Assembly (NCBI GenBank): GCA_018660835.1
Contig: JABJJN010000008.1
Span: 46,977 to 110,976 of the forward strand
Direction of reading: 5' to 3'
Length of the DNA stretch: 64,000 bases
DNA from: Gemmatimonadota bacterium
GTDB lineage: Bacteria > Latescibacterota > UBA2968 > UBA8231
The first letter of the stretch is position 1. Every line of letters begins with the position of its first letter. This document shows, piece by piece, positions 26,993 to 36,328 of this stretch. The notes beneath the pieces are model-generated. The model saw only the letters and a list, made by a program, of their open reading frames with translations. It was not told where the DNA came from and did no database searches. The position numbers were made by a program, and so were the translations under genes.

Positions 26993-27743
26993 TGGTCTCC
27001 TCTTTCTTATCGGATTCGGCTGCTTTGTCAGGTGCTGGCTCCTCGCCTCTGAGTGCAGCCAGCTCCTCATCGACGCGCCGGCGCAGGGCCAGTTTCTCGA
27101 ATTCCTGATTCAGCCCACCGTCGCCGAAGATATCCCGGCGGACCTCATGGGTCGCCGTGTCGGCTTCCTCTGCCAGGTCCAGGCGCTGACGAAGTCGTTC
27201 GAATTCGCTGCGCTTCTCCTGCAGTCGGCGCTCCATATTCTGTACATCTGAGACGGGGTCGCGCTCGGGCGTCACATCGATGTGCTGCTCGTCAGTTCGA
27301 CGGGCATTGCGCAGACGAGCGATGAGCGCTCCCTGCCGATTCTGGGCATCACGCAGATCGTCGCGCAACATGGACAGTTTCGCGCGTAGATCCTCGACCG
27401 TCTGCTGTCCCTGCGTCAGGGCAGGGTCGATGCCGGCGATCGTCTCTTCGAGAACCACTTTGCGCGCCAGTGCCTGTCGAGCCAGTGGCTCGTCACCCAG
27501 TTCAAGAGCGCGCGTCGCTTTGGCCTGCATCTGTTCAATGCGCTCACGCGTCGCCTTGCGTTCCTTCTCAAGGCGCCGCTGATCGGCGACGGCCGTGCTC
27601 ACAGCCCCAACGGCTCGATCCACAGTCGCTTCCATATCGCGAACCATCTGGCGCACCATCTTTTCTGGATCTTCAAGTCGGTCAAGGACTTCGTTCACAT
27701 TCGAGCGGACGATGTGGGTAATTCGATTCAGTGTCTTGTTCAT
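26982..27743 (-). CDS. pspA: phage shock protein A (PspA/IM30 family)
   Basis: MNKTLNRITHIVRSNVNEVLDRLEDPEKMVRQMVRDMEATVDRA..., with coiled coil throughout. AGGAG lies upstream of the ATG at 27743. The longer ORF start at 27824 falls inside the predicted promoter. Confidence 0.9.
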   Translation of the reverse strand: MNKTLNRITHIVRSNVNEVLDRLEDPEKMVRQMVRDMEATVDRAVGAVSTAVADQRRLEKERKATRERIEQMQAKATRALELGDEPLARQALARKVVLEETIAGIDPALTQGQQTVEDLRAKLSMLRDDLRDAQNRQGALIARLRNARRTDEQHIDVTPERDPVSDVQNMERRLQEKRSEFERLRQRLDLAEEADTATHEVRRDIFGDGGLNQEFEKLALRRRVDEELAALRGEEPAPDKAAESDKKEETNAS

Positions 27744-27815
27744 TTCTTCATCTCCTGAAGTCGGCCCCACCCTCGATCTGGTGGGAAGTGCATCGGTATC
27801 GGACGACACACCCAT

Positions 27816-27832
27816 TGCAATCACCGTACCAG
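27816..27832 (-). promoter_or_regulatory. sigma54-type -24/-12 promoter upstream of pspA
   Basis: The minus strand reads CTGGTACGGTGATTGCA, against the consensus YTGGCACGrNNNTTGCW. There is one mismatch (C to T in the -24 box) and the GG/GC spacing is correct. It lies about 70 nt upstream of the pspA ATG. Confidence 0.65.
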
Positions 27833-28033
27833 CTGTCGAACAACCCGACTTAAGTAGATAGTTTTACTTCACTTAGATGACATTTCAGACAACCGTAATT
27901 GGCACAGGATTCGGCCGCTCACGCCAGTTGAGTGGCGACAGCCGCCACCACGGAGGCAGCCGTCAGAGCTCACGTATGCAGCGTCGTGGGCGGTGCGGGT
28001 AGCGGTTTTCCGGGAAGTGGATGGTCCTCCCCT

Positions 28034-28070
28034 GGCAACGAGAAAGGCCCGCAGCAACTGCTGCGGGCCT
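28034..28070 (-). terminator. rho-independent terminator after the small HTH gene
   Basis: Perfect 11-bp stem (AGGCCCGCAGC / GCTGCGGGCCT) with a 4-nt loop, followed on the minus strand by TTCTCGTT. Confidence 0.7.
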
Positions 28071-28109
28071 GGCCCGTACGACGTCATATATGCAATGTGC
28101 AGCGAGGTC

Positions 28110-28322
28110 TTAGCCGCCTGGAGATCTGTCAGCGATGGTGCCTAATCGCCGGCAGCTACTGAGTTGACGCCGTCGCTTCGCGTAGGGCGTCTCGATTCCA
28201 TACTTGGTGCACAGCCGGCTGAAACTGCGCAGGGTGATGCCCAATGCCTTCGATGCGTCTCCATTGCTGCGATACATCCGCGCGACACGTTCGATTGTTT
28301 CCTGGTCATAGCCGCGAATCAT
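28110..28322 (-). CDS. small Fis-type (HTH_8-like) DNA-binding protein
   Basis: MIRGYDQETIERVARMYRSNGDASKALGITLRSFSRLCTKYGIE resembles the C-terminal HTH of Fis/NtrC-type proteins. It has its own terminator. An in-frame TTG start as far up as 28520 cannot be excluded. Confidence 0.55.
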   Translation of the reverse strand: MIRGYDQETIERVARMYRSNGDASKALGITLRSFSRLCTKYGIETPYAKRRRQLSSCRRLGTIADRSPGG

Positions 28323-28594
28323 GACGAATCCCACTCCGTGATGGTGTTGATGGAAGAGTGGAGGAGAAGAAGCGTCCTCCATGCACCCAGTCGTCATAGC
28401 AACGGTCGTACCCACACAGAGGCAGCCGGCTTTGCCCTCAGAGAAACCTGCAAGTGTCACGGTCTGGCCACTGTCGAATTGGCTCGGGCCGCCACTACAC
28501 TGGCGGATTTGGCCGGCCAAAAAGAATCAGCTGTTGGGTCGAGGCAAGCGTGTTGATCGCTGGCCATGCAGGTCAAACCGAGTCGTGGGTCGTC

Positions 28595-29674
28595 TCAACT
28601 CGTCACCTCGCCTGAACTGAGCAGATACTCTTTGACGGCATCCATATCCAATTCACCACCAAGCCCGGGTCCGAGTGGGACGCTGATGCGCTCACCTTCG
28701 CGATCGGGCATCTGCACGACAAAATCGTCTACGTGTAGAGGCGTCGACAGAATGTCGTGCGGGACTGTGGCCGCCTCAGGCACGGCGCAGACGTGGATGT
28801 AGGACAGATCCATGATACCGAGATCGACGCCCGATCCATGCCAGCATGATTTGCCCGCGGCACCGGCCACGTCGACCATGGTGACAAATTCGAAACTGGA
28901 ATTGGGACTGCAGTTGAAGATATCTGCTGCATCCGCCTGCAGAGCACCGACAACGGCCTGCGTCGACCCTAAGTGGAGGGCAATGGGGATGTCGGTCTCT
29001 TCTCGCAGGACACGATACCAGTCGTAACGATCCTTTGGCAGTGGATCCTCCAGGCATACGACATTCAGATCAGCCATCTGTCGTGTGAGCACGCGCATCT
29101 CATCGAGATTGTCGTAGCGCGACATGGCGTCGACGATGAAACGTAGGTCCGGGGCGACCTCGCGCATCCGCTGCAGACGCTCGATCACTTCCATTCCCTG
29201 CATGATCTTGATCTTCAAACAGCTGTATCCCCCATCTCGTGCAGCCGCTGCGGCGGCCAACGAGTGAGTCGGATTCTGCAGACCAGCCCAGTAGCTGCCG
29301 ATCACCTGATCTCGGCATGCCCCACCAAGCAGATCACACATTCGCATGTTGTGTATGCGCCCCACCATATCGAGCAATGCGGTCTCATAGGACTTGTAGA
29401 CGGAAGCCAGGGCACCGTCCAAGGGCAGGCGACGCAGCGGGATATTGCGAGGGTCCAGCCCGATCATCTGCCGCGCTGCGGCCTCTACGTCGGCGCCTTT
29501 GGCTCCCCGTCCTGTCTCACCGACACCATAGGTGCCGTCGTCTGTGTGTAGACGAATGAGATATTTCGGCACGAGATCCCACTGTTCGTGGGTGTCGGCG
29601 TATTCAGGACTGTTCACCATCTCCTGATGGACGAACTGATTCACTTCCCACCATTCGACGCGGTCAATTTTCAT
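28595..29674 (-). CDS. enolase-superfamily enzyme (mandelate racemase/muconate lactonizing family)
   Basis: N-terminal capping domain (GVGETGRG) and a barrel with KIKI...DAM...EDP acid ligands. 359 aa. Confidence 0.8.
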   Translation of the reverse strand: MKIDRVEWWEVNQFVHQEMVNSPEYADTHEQWDLVPKYLIRLHTDDGTYGVGETGRGAKGADVEAAARQMIGLDPRNIPLRRLPLDGALASVYKSYETALLDMVGRIHNMRMCDLLGGACRDQVIGSYWAGLQNPTHSLAAAAAARDGGYSCLKIKIMQGMEVIERLQRMREVAPDLRFIVDAMSRYDNLDEMRVLTRQMADLNVVCLEDPLPKDRYDWYRVLREETDIPIALHLGSTQAVVGALQADAADIFNCSPNSSFEFVTMVDVAGAAGKSCWHGSGVDLGIMDLSYIHVCAVPEAATVPHDILSTPLHVDDFVVQMPDREGERISVPLGPGLGGELDMDAVKEYLLSSGEVTS

Positions 29675-30630
29675 GTCTCGTCTCCCTCTGTGACGCGGTC
29701 TGCACCCTCGTCATCTGTTTGCTCAGTATCATCGGATTGCTGTAGCTCGATCGGTAGGTCAGGTACGATCTGTTGTCCACTGAAGTCCGCCTGGGAGATG
29801 CCTGACAGATTGACATTGGCAGCCGTCGGTGTGGAATCGGCCTCAGGTGCATCGATGCCGCGATCCGCGAGAAAGCGCCTGATGAGGGCCTCCCCGTGAT
29901 GCATACTACGGCGCAGCCAGCGTAGCCTGATCTGCATACGCTGTGTCGGATTCATGGAGGTGTCCGTGTCGGTCTCGGCACGCAGCCGCGCTGTCAGCTG
30001 ACGCAGAATCAACGCTGCACTCACCGAAACATTCAGGCTCTGTGTGAAGCCCACCATGGGTATTCGAATCGACTCATCCACGTGTGCCATCGCCTGCGCG
30101 GTGAGTCCCTCCAGTTCAGTGCCAAAGATCAACGCCATGGGACCACGACTCACATCGACATCCTCGAGATCCGTCGCCGTCTCATCAGGTGTCGTTGCCA
30201 GCAACCGATAACCACGATTCTTCAAGGAAGAGCAACAGCGACGAATGGCTTCTTCACTGCCGGGCCCCTGATGCCGATATAGATCCAGCCATTGTGCAGA
30301 CCCCAAAGCGACCTGATGATGGACCTTGTAGTCGTTGCGTTCGTCCACAATGTGGACGTCCTGCACACCAAAACAGTCACACGTGCGCAGAATCGCACTT
30401 GCATTGTGCGTCTGATACACCTCCTCGAGGGCGACAGTAATCCAGCGTGTTCGGTGCGCCAGCACATGCTCGAGTCGTTGCAGGCGTTTTGGCGAAACGA
30501 ACTCGGCAAGGTATTCACACAGCTGCTGTTGCAGACCCTGCTCGTCAGGAATCGGTGTCTCTTGCGCCGGGCGCAGACGAATGGCTTCGGTCTCACTCAA
30601 CGCTGGCACCCGCCGTCGCGGCGCAGACAT
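29671..30630 (-). CDS. trmH: SpoU-family RNA 2'-O-methyltransferase (TrmH-like) with acidic C-terminal extension
   Basis: RLQRLEHVLAHRTRWITVALEEVYQTHNASAILRTCDCFGV; LIFGTELEGL; IPMVGFTQSLNVSVSAAL. The start is uncertain: both ATG candidates (30630, 30675) overlap the galK 3' end. Confidence 0.75.
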   Translation of the reverse strand: MSAPRRRVPALSETEAIRLRPAQETPIPDEQGLQQQLCEYLAEFVSPKRLQRLEHVLAHRTRWITVALEEVYQTHNASAILRTCDCFGVQDVHIVDERNDYKVHHQVALGSAQWLDLYRHQGPGSEEAIRRCCSSLKNRGYRLLATTPDETATDLEDVDVSRGPMALIFGTELEGLTAQAMAHVDESIRIPMVGFTQSLNVSVSAALILRQLTARLRAETDTDTSMNPTQRMQIRLRWLRRSMHHGEALIRRFLADRGIDAPEADSTPTAANVNLSGISQADFSGQQIVPDLPIELQQSDDTEQTDDEGADRVTEGDET

Positions 30631-31747
30631 AGAGCTGAGGTTCGTGGCCACTGCGGGATCGGTACAGGGCCTCAACTTTGGTGCAGAACGCCGGCGCCTT
30701 TTCGCTGTCTACGAGGGCCACGGCACAGCCGCCGAAACCAGCACCTGTCATGCGAGCACCAAGACAACCATCTGTGCCGCGAGCGCAGTCCACGATCGTA
30801 TCGAGGGCCTCACTTGAGACCTCAAAATCATCTCGCAGACTCACATGGCTGTCGTCCATCAGTTGCCCCAGAAGAGCCCTGTCACCGGCACGCATTGCCT
30901 TTGCCGCCTGGGTCGTTCGCTCAATTTCTGAGATCACGTGACGCGCTCGTGCCCGGGTCACTTCATCGAGTTCGTCTTGCCGCTGTGCAAACGAGGTCAG
31001 CGACACGTCGCGCAAGGCCTTCACGCCAAAGTGTGTCGCGGCGATCTCGCATTGTTCACGACGCTCGTTGTAGGCAGAATCAACCAGACCTCTGCGCGTG
31101 CCCGTATCCAGCACGACAATGCTCGTGGCTTGAGGTAATGGCACCAACTCGCCCTCGAGGGATCGGCAGTCGAGGAGCAGCGCATGATCGACGCCTCCTG
31201 CAGCGCTGATCATCTGATCCATGATGCCGCAATTGACGCCCACCCAGCGATTTTCGGCACGCTGTCCTCGCACGGCCATCTGTGCTGCGTCCCAGTCGAG
31301 GGCAGCGATATGCGCACAAGCGCGCGCGACGGCCAGTTCAACGGCTGCCGACGATGACAAGCCAGCGCCAATCGGCACATCACCCACCATCACGCCATTC
31401 CAGCCCTGCAGAGACAGCCCATCGAGTTGCAGCGACCATGCAGTGCCACGGATGTAGTCAAGCCATTGTGTCGCAGGCTGACTCGGCAGCTCCCGCACCG
31501 ACGCAAGGGTGAATTCCTCCGTCATCTCGTAGTCCAGAGAGGACACGCGGATCGTGTCGTCGGCGCGTGGACCGATGGCAATCCAAACTGCACGATCGAT
31601 CGCCATGGGCAGGACAAACCCATCGTTGTAGTCTGTGTGCTCGCCGATCAGATTCACCCGCCCTGGAGCGCGCACAAGGGCAGTTGGCGCCACCTTGAAT
31701 ACCTGGCCAAAGGCGTCCGTCGCCTGCGATGCGAGTGATATCGTCAT
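30593..31747 (-). CDS. galK: galactokinase
   Basis: Signature GRVNLIGEHTDYNDGFVLP; GHMP motif GAGLSSSAA. Confidence 0.9.
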   Translation of the reverse strand: MTISLASQATDAFGQVFKVAPTALVRAPGRVNLIGEHTDYNDGFVLPMAIDRAVWIAIGPRADDTIRVSSLDYEMTEEFTLASVRELPSQPATQWLDYIRGTAWSLQLDGLSLQGWNGVMVGDVPIGAGLSSSAAVELAVARACAHIAALDWDAAQMAVRGQRAENRWVGVNCGIMDQMISAAGGVDHALLLDCRSLEGELVPLPQATSIVVLDTGTRRGLVDSAYNERREQCEIAATHFGVKALRDVSLTSFAQRQDELDEVTRARARHVISEIERTTQAAKAMRAGDRALLGQLMDDSHVSLRDDFEVSSEALDTIVDCARGTDGCLGARMTGAGFGGCAVALVDSEKAPAFCTKVEALYRSRSGHEPQLYVCAATAGASVE

Positions 31748-31757
31748 GGGATGGTGA

Positions 31758-32783
31758 CTACTCTGCAGGCAGCTGGCGCAATCGAGCCGCTGCTTGTTCG
31801 GGTGTCAGATCGCGCTGCGCCTCGGCGAGCAGTTCATAACCTACCATGAATTTGCGAATTGATGCCGAGCGCAGCAGGGGTGGATAGAAGTGTGCATGCA
31901 AATGCCAGTGATCCGCCGATGCCTCGCCCGGTGCACCATGCCACCCCATGGAATAGGGAAAGGAAGTAGAGAACAGCGCGTCGTACCGTCGCAGCAGCCG
32001 CTGCATCACGCGCGCCAGGGAGGATTGGAGTAAAGGCGACAGATCATCGAGGTGGGCGACCGGTTCACGTGGTGCCAGGAGAATCTCGAAAGGCCAGACC
32101 GCCCAGAATGGGACCAGAGCGACCCAGTGATCGTCAGCCTCAACGATACGTTCCTGCCGTTCGCATTCAAGGGCCACATAATCCCGCAGCAACGTGCGCT
32201 TCATGTCGGCAAAGTAGGTCGCCTGCGTATTTTGCTCGCGCAGCGCTTCATTCGGCAAGGCATCCAACGCCCATATCTGGCCATGAGGGTGAGGATTCGA
32301 ACATCCCATCATGGCACCCTTGTTCTCGAAGACCTGAACCCACCGATAGCGAGGGCGTAGTTCACGCACTTGTGCCCCCCAGCATCGGATCACTGTCTCA
32401 ATTTCCTGCGCCTGCATGGCGGCGAGGGTCAGATCGTGGCGGGGGGAAAAGCACATCACGCGACATGTACCGCGCACGGGGGCGGCGCGCAGCAGGGGCG
32501 ACTCAGTATCGGCCTGAGAATCGCGTCCATCATCGAGCAGGGCAGCGAAATCGTTGTCGAAGACGAAGACATCCTCATAGGCCGGATTCTTCTGCCCTGC
32601 CGCCCGTTCGTTCCCCGGACACAGATAACACTGTGCGTCATGTTGTGGTCGTGTCTCGACGGTGGGTGGATCAAGCTGTCCCTGCCAGGGCCGTTGCATA
32701 CGATGAGGAGAGACTTGCACCCAATCACCGCTGAGTGCGTTGAATCGTCGATGCGGCTGGGCTTGCAAATCGATGTTCGTCAT
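31758..32783 (-). CDS. galT: galactose-1-phosphate uridylyltransferase
   Basis: CYLCPGNERA zinc motif and active-site HPHGQIW. Confidence 0.9.
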   Translation of the reverse strand: MTNIDLQAQPHRRFNALSGDWVQVSPHRMQRPWQGQLDPPTVETRPQHDAQCYLCPGNERAAGQKNPAYEDVFVFDNDFAALLDDGRDSQADTESPLLRAAPVRGTCRVMCFSPRHDLTLAAMQAQEIETVIRCWGAQVRELRPRYRWVQVFENKGAMMGCSNPHPHGQIWALDALPNEALREQNTQATYFADMKRTLLRDYVALECERQERIVEADDHWVALVPFWAVWPFEILLAPREPVAHLDDLSPLLQSSLARVMQRLLRRYDALFSTSFPYSMGWHGAPGEASADHWHLHAHFYPPLLRSASIRKFMVGYELLAEAQRDLTPEQAAARLRQLPAE

Positions 32784-32907
32784 ACAGGTTGGTCTCTTTT
32801 CTGATAACCGTCAGATCGTGCTGCGCGCTCTGGTGATGGTAGCCAATGACACCTATCGTAGTCGACGACGATCGTAGATACACAAACCTTCGAAGGGAGC
32901 CCGACTT

Positions 32908-33615
32908 TTGTGCGGCCGCTTCACACTACATCACGTCACTGAAGACGTGGCGGCGGCCTTTGCCGTCGAGCAAACCCTCCTCGATCTCAAACCACGTTAC
33001 AATATCGCTCCCACCCAACCCGTGGCCTGCGTCGTCCAGCAGGAGAGTCGAGTCCTGCAGCATCTGCAATGGGGGCTGGTCCCCTCCTGGGCCCGCGAGC
33101 CATCTATGGGAGCTCGCATGATCAATGCCCGCGCCGAGACCGTTGCGGTCAAACCTGCCTTCAAGCGCGCCTTCACCCACGGCCGCTGTGTGATTCCTGC
33201 AAGTGGCTACTATGAGTGGAAACGGCGTCCCCATGGCCAGCAGGCGGTCCCTATGCTCTTTCATCTGGCCGGTGGCGGCCCCATGGCTTTTGCAGGTCTC
33301 TACGAACAATGGGAGACGCCGGAAGGTGCCACGCTGCGAACCTGTTCCATTGTCACGACCCAAGCCAATGAGGTCACCAATGGCATCCACCACCGCATGC
33401 CCGCGATCCTGACAACAGTCGAGACCGAGCAATGGCTCGATCGCCACATTCAGAGCCCTGGAAATCTGCTCCCCCTGCTTCACCCATACAGATTGGGCGA
33501 CCTCGACGTTCATCCCGTCTCCGATCGGGTCAACAAAGTCAGCGAAGACTCGCAGGATTGCATCACGCCCGTGGTGCGAAGCACGGAATCGGACCAACTG
33601 GAACTCGGATTGTAA
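32908..33615 (+). CDS. SOS-response-associated peptidase (SRAP/YedK family)
   Basis: N-terminal MCGRF (catalytic Cys2). INARAET, GYYEW. TTG start after GAAGGGAG. Confidence 0.85.
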   Translation: MCGRFTLHHVTEDVAAAFAVEQTLLDLKPRYNIAPTQPVACVVQQESRVLQHLQWGLVPSWAREPSMGARMINARAETVAVKPAFKRAFTHGRCVIPASGYYEWKRRPHGQQAVPMLFHLAGGGPMAFAGLYEQWETPEGATLRTCSIVTTQANEVTNGIHHRMPAILTTVETEQWLDRHIQSPGNLLPLLHPYRLGDLDVHPVSDRVNKVSEDSQDCITPVVRSTESDQLELGL

Positions 33616-33644
33616 GATCCTCTGAGCCACAGGGGCGGTCGATG

Positions 33645-35216
33645 CTACCGATCGGTTTGATCCTTCTTCTGCGGGACCGTGTAGGCCGTCGGTGTAAACA
33701 GAATCCTGGCGATGTCCCCCAGCCCAGGTCGTGCGCCAACAGCCAGAACGCCCACACGAAACAGCCGTGCCGCGCCCTTGACGGTGAGCCAGATCGAAAG
33801 GATCAGCAAGATACCCGTCGCCACAACCTCCCACCACGCAGGGGGCCCAGCGGCTCTGTTCATCATGATAAATGGAGTCAGCGGCGGGACGAAAGACAGC
33901 ACTCGGGCCAGCAAACCATTGGGATCCTCCACAACATGCTGCATTGAGAACATGGCCGTAAAAAGTGGGATCATGGCTGGCCACATGACGTTCTGTGCTT
34001 CTTTGAGCGTTCCACACAGGGAACCCAGACCAACGAGCATACTTGCGTAGAGGAGGAATCCGAGCAGGAAGTAGATGATGAATGTCGCCAGGAACATTGG
34101 GTCCGTTGCGACACCACCTAGATCGACATCCACGCCGATCAATCTGGGCACAATGACGATGGCAGCAGTGAATACGGACGCCCATGAGGCGACGACGATC
34201 AACCCGGCGCCGGCAACGCCAAGGATCTTGCCAAACATGAGTTCTTCGGGCGCGACGGAAGAGATGAGGATTTCCATGATCCGCGCCGACTTCTCCTCGA
34301 TCGTACTCGTGATCAACATCTGTGAACTGGTGAAGACGGCGATCCAGAGCAAGTAGGTGAATACGAGGGGCAGAAACTGGCGGAACTTGTCACGATCTTC
34401 CACCTCCTCCACATCGCCCCGATCGTCGATCTTTCGTGCTTCAAAAGACAGGGTAGTCTGGATCCACGCTGCCGTCTCGGCGTCGATCCCTTCGTGTGCG
34501 ATCCGCTCTTCACGCACGATGCTCTCCGCCCGTTGGCTGAACCAGCGTCGCAAATCCCGGTCGGTGAGATTGTTGGATACGTATCTGCAGCCCTCATCGG
34601 TGACGACAGGATTTTCACCGATGACGAAATACGCAAACAGGTCGCCTGAGTGGATTAGCTCATTCAGGGCGGCAATCGTGTCAATTGCAGCGGGCAGGGG
34701 ATGACGAACGTAGTGACGGCGAGTCAACTTGATGTCGTGGTGCTCATCCACCCGTCCCGGATCGGCCGACAGCCACCACTCGTACACATGGGCCGCATCA
34801 CCGTGGTTGACGAAGTCGAAATCACTGGATCGAGAATCACCAAATCCCTGCCTCGCCATCTGCTCGACAAGGCGCTCCCGGGGCGACTCCTCCAAAGCCA
34901 TCCATGCACCGACGAAGGCGCGCACCGAACTTGGCAGGTCGCTGTAACCGGCGGCGTCTTCACGGCGCAATTCCCGACCACGTTCGGCAATCTGCTGCAG
35001 ATCTTCACTGTAAACACGCTGCTCCACGGCGTCCAACAGGAAACCGGAATGATCGATGACGGCGAAGGGGCGTGCCTCCTTGGCCTGTTTGAGCAACAAG
35101 GGCACGGCAATGGCCAAAGCGAAAATGACCGGAAATGCGGCGAGGCCAATCCAGAACGCTTTCGTGCCGACAGTCTGACGGAATTCCTCTCGAGCGACAA
35201 GAAATGTCCGGTTCAT
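33645..35216 (-). CDS. ABC-2 type transporter permease (NatB-like)
   Basis: N-terminal TM, a large extracytoplasmic loop, and a C-terminal cluster of 5 TMs. ATGA-type overlap with the upstream ATPase gene. Confidence 0.75.
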   Translation of the reverse strand: MNRTFLVAREEFRQTVGTKAFWIGLAAFPVIFALAIAVPLLLKQAKEARPFAVIDHSGFLLDAVEQRVYSEDLQQIAERGRELRREDAAGYSDLPSSVRAFVGAWMALEESPRERLVEQMARQGFGDSRSSDFDFVNHGDAAHVYEWWLSADPGRVDEHHDIKLTRRHYVRHPLPAAIDTIAALNELIHSGDLFAYFVIGENPVVTDEGCRYVSNNLTDRDLRRWFSQRAESIVREERIAHEGIDAETAAWIQTTLSFEARKIDDRGDVEEVEDRDKFRQFLPLVFTYLLWIAVFTSSQMLITSTIEEKSARIMEILISSVAPEELMFGKILGVAGAGLIVVASWASVFTAAIVIVPRLIGVDVDLGGVATDPMFLATFIIYFLLGFLLYASMLVGLGSLCGTLKEAQNVMWPAMIPLFTAMFSMQHVVEDPNGLLARVLSFVPPLTPFIMMNRAAGPPAWWEVVATGILLILSIWLTVKGAARLFRVGVLAVGARPGLGDIARILFTPTAYTVPQKKDQTDR

Positions 35217-36148
35217 GGCTTATCCTGCGGATCGATGGAAGCTTCCTCGACACTGTGACCGACATTGCGCACGAAAATCTCATGCAATGACGGGGAACGC
35301 AGATCAAATGTGTGCAGACGGATCTCGGCGCCGACCAGGTGTTTGAGCACCTGCTGGGGGTCGATGCCTTCGGCCAGAACAACCTCTGCCTGCCGACCGG
35401 TGTCGTTGATGTGCAGGACCCCCTCCATCTGCCGCAATGAACCCAGATCACCCTCATAGTCGAGATGAACCGCCCCACCGCCGTGGCCCCGCACCTGATC
35501 AATAGGTCCATCCACAATTTTGCGTCCGCCGTCGATCAACACGACGTGGTCGCAGATCTGCTCTGCTTGTTCCATGATATGTGTCGAGAAGATGACGCTG
35601 TGGCCGTCTTCTCGAAGTTTCAGGATGACATCACGCATGAGATCCCGGTTAACCGGGTCGAGACCTGAAAAGGGTTCATCCAGGATGACCAAATCTGGTT
35701 CGTGCAGCAGGGTTGCCAGAATCTGTGCCTTCTGCGCCATCCCCTTTGATAGAGATTGACACGTCTGCTCAAGATTCTCCCCGAGCCCATATTCGTCGAG
35801 CAAGCGCGCCGCTCTCTCACGGGCGGCCCCCCGAGACATGCCCTTCAGGGTTCCGAAATAGGCCACCTGATCGACGACTTTCATCTTCGGATACAGGCCG
35901 CGCTCCTCGGGGAGATAGCCGAGTCGCTGGCGAATCTCGGTTGGATCCTGCGATCCGAGAACGCTCAATTGGCCCTCATCCGGGGCAAAAATCCCCAGGA
36001 TCATGCGCATCGTCGTTGTCTTGCCAGCACCATTGGGACCGAGAAAACCGTAGATACTCGCCATGGGCACTGTCAGAGAGAGACCATCTACGGCGCGCTT
36101 GTCGCGGAAGGCCTTACTCACGCCACTCAGGGTGACTGCGTCCGTCAT
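35213..36148 (-). CDS. ABC transporter ATP-binding protein
   Basis: Walker A GPNGAGKTT, signature LSKGMAQK, Walker B LVILDEP. ATG at 36148 preceded by AGGAG. Confidence 0.9.
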   Translation of the reverse strand: MTDAVTLSGVSKAFRDKRAVDGLSLTVPMASIYGFLGPNGAGKTTTMRMILGIFAPDEGQLSVLGSQDPTEIRQRLGYLPEERGLYPKMKVVDQVAYFGTLKGMSRGAARERAARLLDEYGLGENLEQTCQSLSKGMAQKAQILATLLHEPDLVILDEPFSGLDPVNRDLMRDVILKLREDGHSVIFSTHIMEQAEQICDHVVLIDGGRKIVDGPIDQVRGHGGGAVHLDYEGDLGSLRQMEGVLHINDTGRQAEVVLAEGIDPQQVLKHLVGAEIRLHTFDLRSPSLHEIFVRNVGHSVEEASIDPQDKP

Positions 36149-36328
36149 TTTTTCTCCTGCTGGCGTCGGCACGATGTCGCCGCTGTAGCCTGCGTCACGG
36201 TTGCGCTCGGACCATACCTTACCATTATATGGTGAAAGCCAGCCGCAGTCCTCTATCAGGCTCGCAGGCTGCCCTCGATTGTTGCTCGTTTCATGGTATA
36301 TTTACAGAAACCCTGACTCGACTCTCTC

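Noticed and set aside
27898-27913. TGGCAC on the plus strand (TGGCACAGGATTCGGC), a possible second sigma54 promoter
   Set aside because: The -12 element is TCGGC rather than TTGC. The site also points toward the 3' end of a minus-strand gene, with no plus-strand gene downstream.
32926-34185. 419-aa minus-strand ORF spanning the SRAP gene and the 3' end of the ABC-2 permease gene
   Set aside because: It overlaps two ORFs that have clear family motifs (MCGRF SRAP on the plus strand; the ABC-2 permease in another minus frame). Its Arg/Gly/Ala/Pro-rich, motif-free translation is typical of shadow ORFs in GC-rich DNA.
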